64,000 nucleotides of DNA, taken from positions 1,240,001 to 1,304,000 of the forward strand of contig CDRNST010000226.1 of assembly GCA_977016875.1 (NCBI GenBank), given 5' to 3'. The notes under the pieces are model-generated. The model did no database searches and had not been told where the DNA came from. It was given only the letters and a program-made list of their open reading frames with translations. Positions 62,011 through 64,000 of this stretch are shown here, one piece after another. Position 1 is the stretch's first letter, and every line of letters starts with the position of its first letter. Origin of the DNA: Pavona decussata. Taxonomy: Eukaryota. The position numbers and the translations under genes were made by a program.

Positions 62011-62270
62011 GAGAAAGGCATGGCCTAGTGGATGGGGCACTGGGCTTGTAATCCGGAGGCCTGGGTTCAAGCCCCGCTCTGACCACTTGGATTTGTTTCA
62101 CGATAGCTCCGTTTTCAAATCCAAGCCCATGCGTTGTAAATAGCCAACTGGTTTGCGTCCCACCAGTTGGGATTTTTAACAAATGATTTATATATAGTGT
62201 CCCCAATTAGTGCTACAGTTCTAAAAGTAAAAACTCTCAACACTTAAATAAAGTCATTTATTTTTTTATT
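62011..62270 (+). mobile_element. tRNA-derived SINE (Nin-domain type)
   Basis: A box TGGCCTAGTGG, B box GGTTCAAGCCC, core GTAAATAGCCAACTGGTTTGCGTCCCACCAGTTGGGATTTTTAAC, and an AATAAA/AT-rich tail. Confidence 0.75.
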
Positions 62271-62713
62271 TCTCCACTTACTTCTTATAGAATAAAATTG
62301 GGAGAATTTGTTTGAAATTATGTCAAAACATTTCATCTTTGGTAATGTTTCTTTTACTGTAGTGATATTGTAAGGAAAAATAAGATGCTGGTTACATTTT
62401 CTCTGGCAAGTCTGTCAGCCTATTAACTGCAATACCAGAATGCTCTTACATAAATTTTACATGCACTTCTGTATCATGGACGTACCTTACAGTACAGGTG
62501 TCTTTGTATGCTTTTTCACTTGAGTAAAATTCTTTTTATCATTTATTTAATTCTCTTTTCTCCCACTCTAAGGGGAATACTCTCAGTTACACAAAATAAT
62601 AATTCTTGGGTTGGTATAGTTACACCAATGAGTGCTTTCTCAAAGTCACTACTGCCCACACAATTTTCACTTTTTTCCCACTTTTAGGTTGTTTTTTACT
62701 TGGGTTAAAGAGT

Positions 62714-63964
62714 TCAGCTATGTGTTTTAAACATGTTCATGGCCACAGCTTTCAAGCCATGTTCGTTCTTGTAGCCATCAATGTCAAAGTTAGGGCGCTC
62801 ATCAACCGCAGCATCATCCCTGTCCAAGATGCCCTTTTGTTCAAACACGAAAATAAAGTACCTGTGGTCATTGGTCATTCCAGGTTTGGGATGAGGAGGA
62901 GAAGGAGGGTTGTACTCTGCAAAGATTTAATAACAACATCAGACAAACCTTGACTTATAATTACTTAATAGACAGTATGCGTGTGATGGTGTCCATCAAC
63001 GAAAGGTTTCTCATTAGCTTCCCTTGTTGTGGTACACCAACATGGAAACTGTCATTTGAATCTGTAAGGATTGGTTGCATATGACGCATAGTTAGCAATA
63101 AAGGGTGTTTTTAAACTTTCTGCTAACTTGAGCAAAAAGTAGTTTCCTTTCTTCATGTTGATATTTCTTCAGAGTATGTAGTACATGGATATCAGCTACA
63201 GTTGTGTACGTAATAAGGCTGTGAGAAGTCTCAGTAGACTGAAAATCCAGCATTGATAAGTTAGACTTGTTCACTGGACATAAAAAGTAGCCTTACATGC
63301 ATGCAATTTTCTTTTAACACTTCCTTGGTGTTGGTTTGTTAACTGTGTCACTGGACCTTAGCCGAAAGAGCAGCCACAGCCACAACCACACAGAAATGCA
63401 ACTTCATTATTTATTTAACTATCACAAGTGAACCCATTTCAAAGCACTCAGTCATCATCCCACCCACACACAAACACCACATTTTTTTACCTATCCTCTC
63501 ATAAGTAGAAGGCATGGGCTTACTCCCTGACTGTCAAAGGCTACTGCATCTCAGATTACAGTGTAACAGCTTTACTACAATGCAGAATGGTGGTGACACC
63601 CCATCTAAGTGGACATGCAGTCATTGTCCCAGCTACAAAAAAACACAGCATTTCTGCCTCTCATAAGTGGACACCTATCCTAAATGGACACTCATTGTCC
63701 CAGGCACATGCACACACTACACTGACCCTTACCTCTCCTAAGTGGGCTATCAGTCCTTGTTCCAGTCACATACACAATACACAAAAAGAGACACATTTTT
63801 CCTCTCATAAGTGGATACCTCTTCTCAGTACAGGCTTGCAATTATATGGCTTAAGAGTGCCCAGTTATTAAAGGACAGTACAACTCAAGATAAGCTTCCC
63901 GAGTAACACGCCTACCTGTAAAAGTCTCACCAGAGGAAATATCTCCATTGGCCAGATCGTCTCC
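62714..63964 (-). CDS. Phosphatidylethanolamine-binding protein (PEBP/RKIP family), last two exons; 5' part beyond the right edge
   Basis: Exon 63916-63964 (GDDLANGDISSGETFT) joins in phase 1 to exon 62714-62916 (EYNPPSPPHPKPGMTNDHRYFIFVFEQKG...ERPNFDIDGYKNEHGLKAVAMNMFKTHS*). The Y-x-P-P-x-PP...HRY-x-F-x-x-F-EQ...R-x-x-F...L-x-x-VA-x-N-x-F pattern is the PEBP C-terminal signature. Absent from the supplied ORF track. Confidence 0.85.
63470..63830. repeat. Imperfect tandem repeats in the PEBP intron
   Basis: CCTCTCATAAGT three times and TAAGTGG several times. Confidence 0.55.
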
Positions 63965-64000
63965 CTGAAAAAAAAAAAGGATACAAAAGTACATTTCAAA

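Overview
Eukaryotic genomic DNA, AT-rich with spliced genes. The repeat families and the ~241-aa tropomyosin suggest a cnidarian, probably a stony coral (inference). Six protein-coding genes can be reconstructed by hand: MED24 (minus, 18 exons, runs off the left edge), a 3-exon BTB-BACK-Kelch gene (plus), a divergent tropomyosin-like gene (minus), an EGR/Krox zinc-finger gene (plus) preceded by ~23 kb without recognisable genes, an intronless RNF103 (plus), and the last two exons of a PEBP-family gene (minus, runs off the right edge). Introns and intergenic DNA hold many MITEs, tRNA-derived SINEs, an IS3EU-like foldback element and a Crypton-like relic. The strongest unexplained signals surround EGR. 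Its 3' UTR has six stem-loops whose stems differ but whose loops all start CUGG (Smaug/SAMD4 recognition elements), two of them followed by perfect Pumilio elements. A dense cluster of EGR-type binding sites lies 13-16 kb upstream, and the promoter is rich in bZIP palindromes. Together these suggest a self-amplifying, Smaug/Pumilio-limited immediate-early circuit (inference). All calls were made by eye without database searches.
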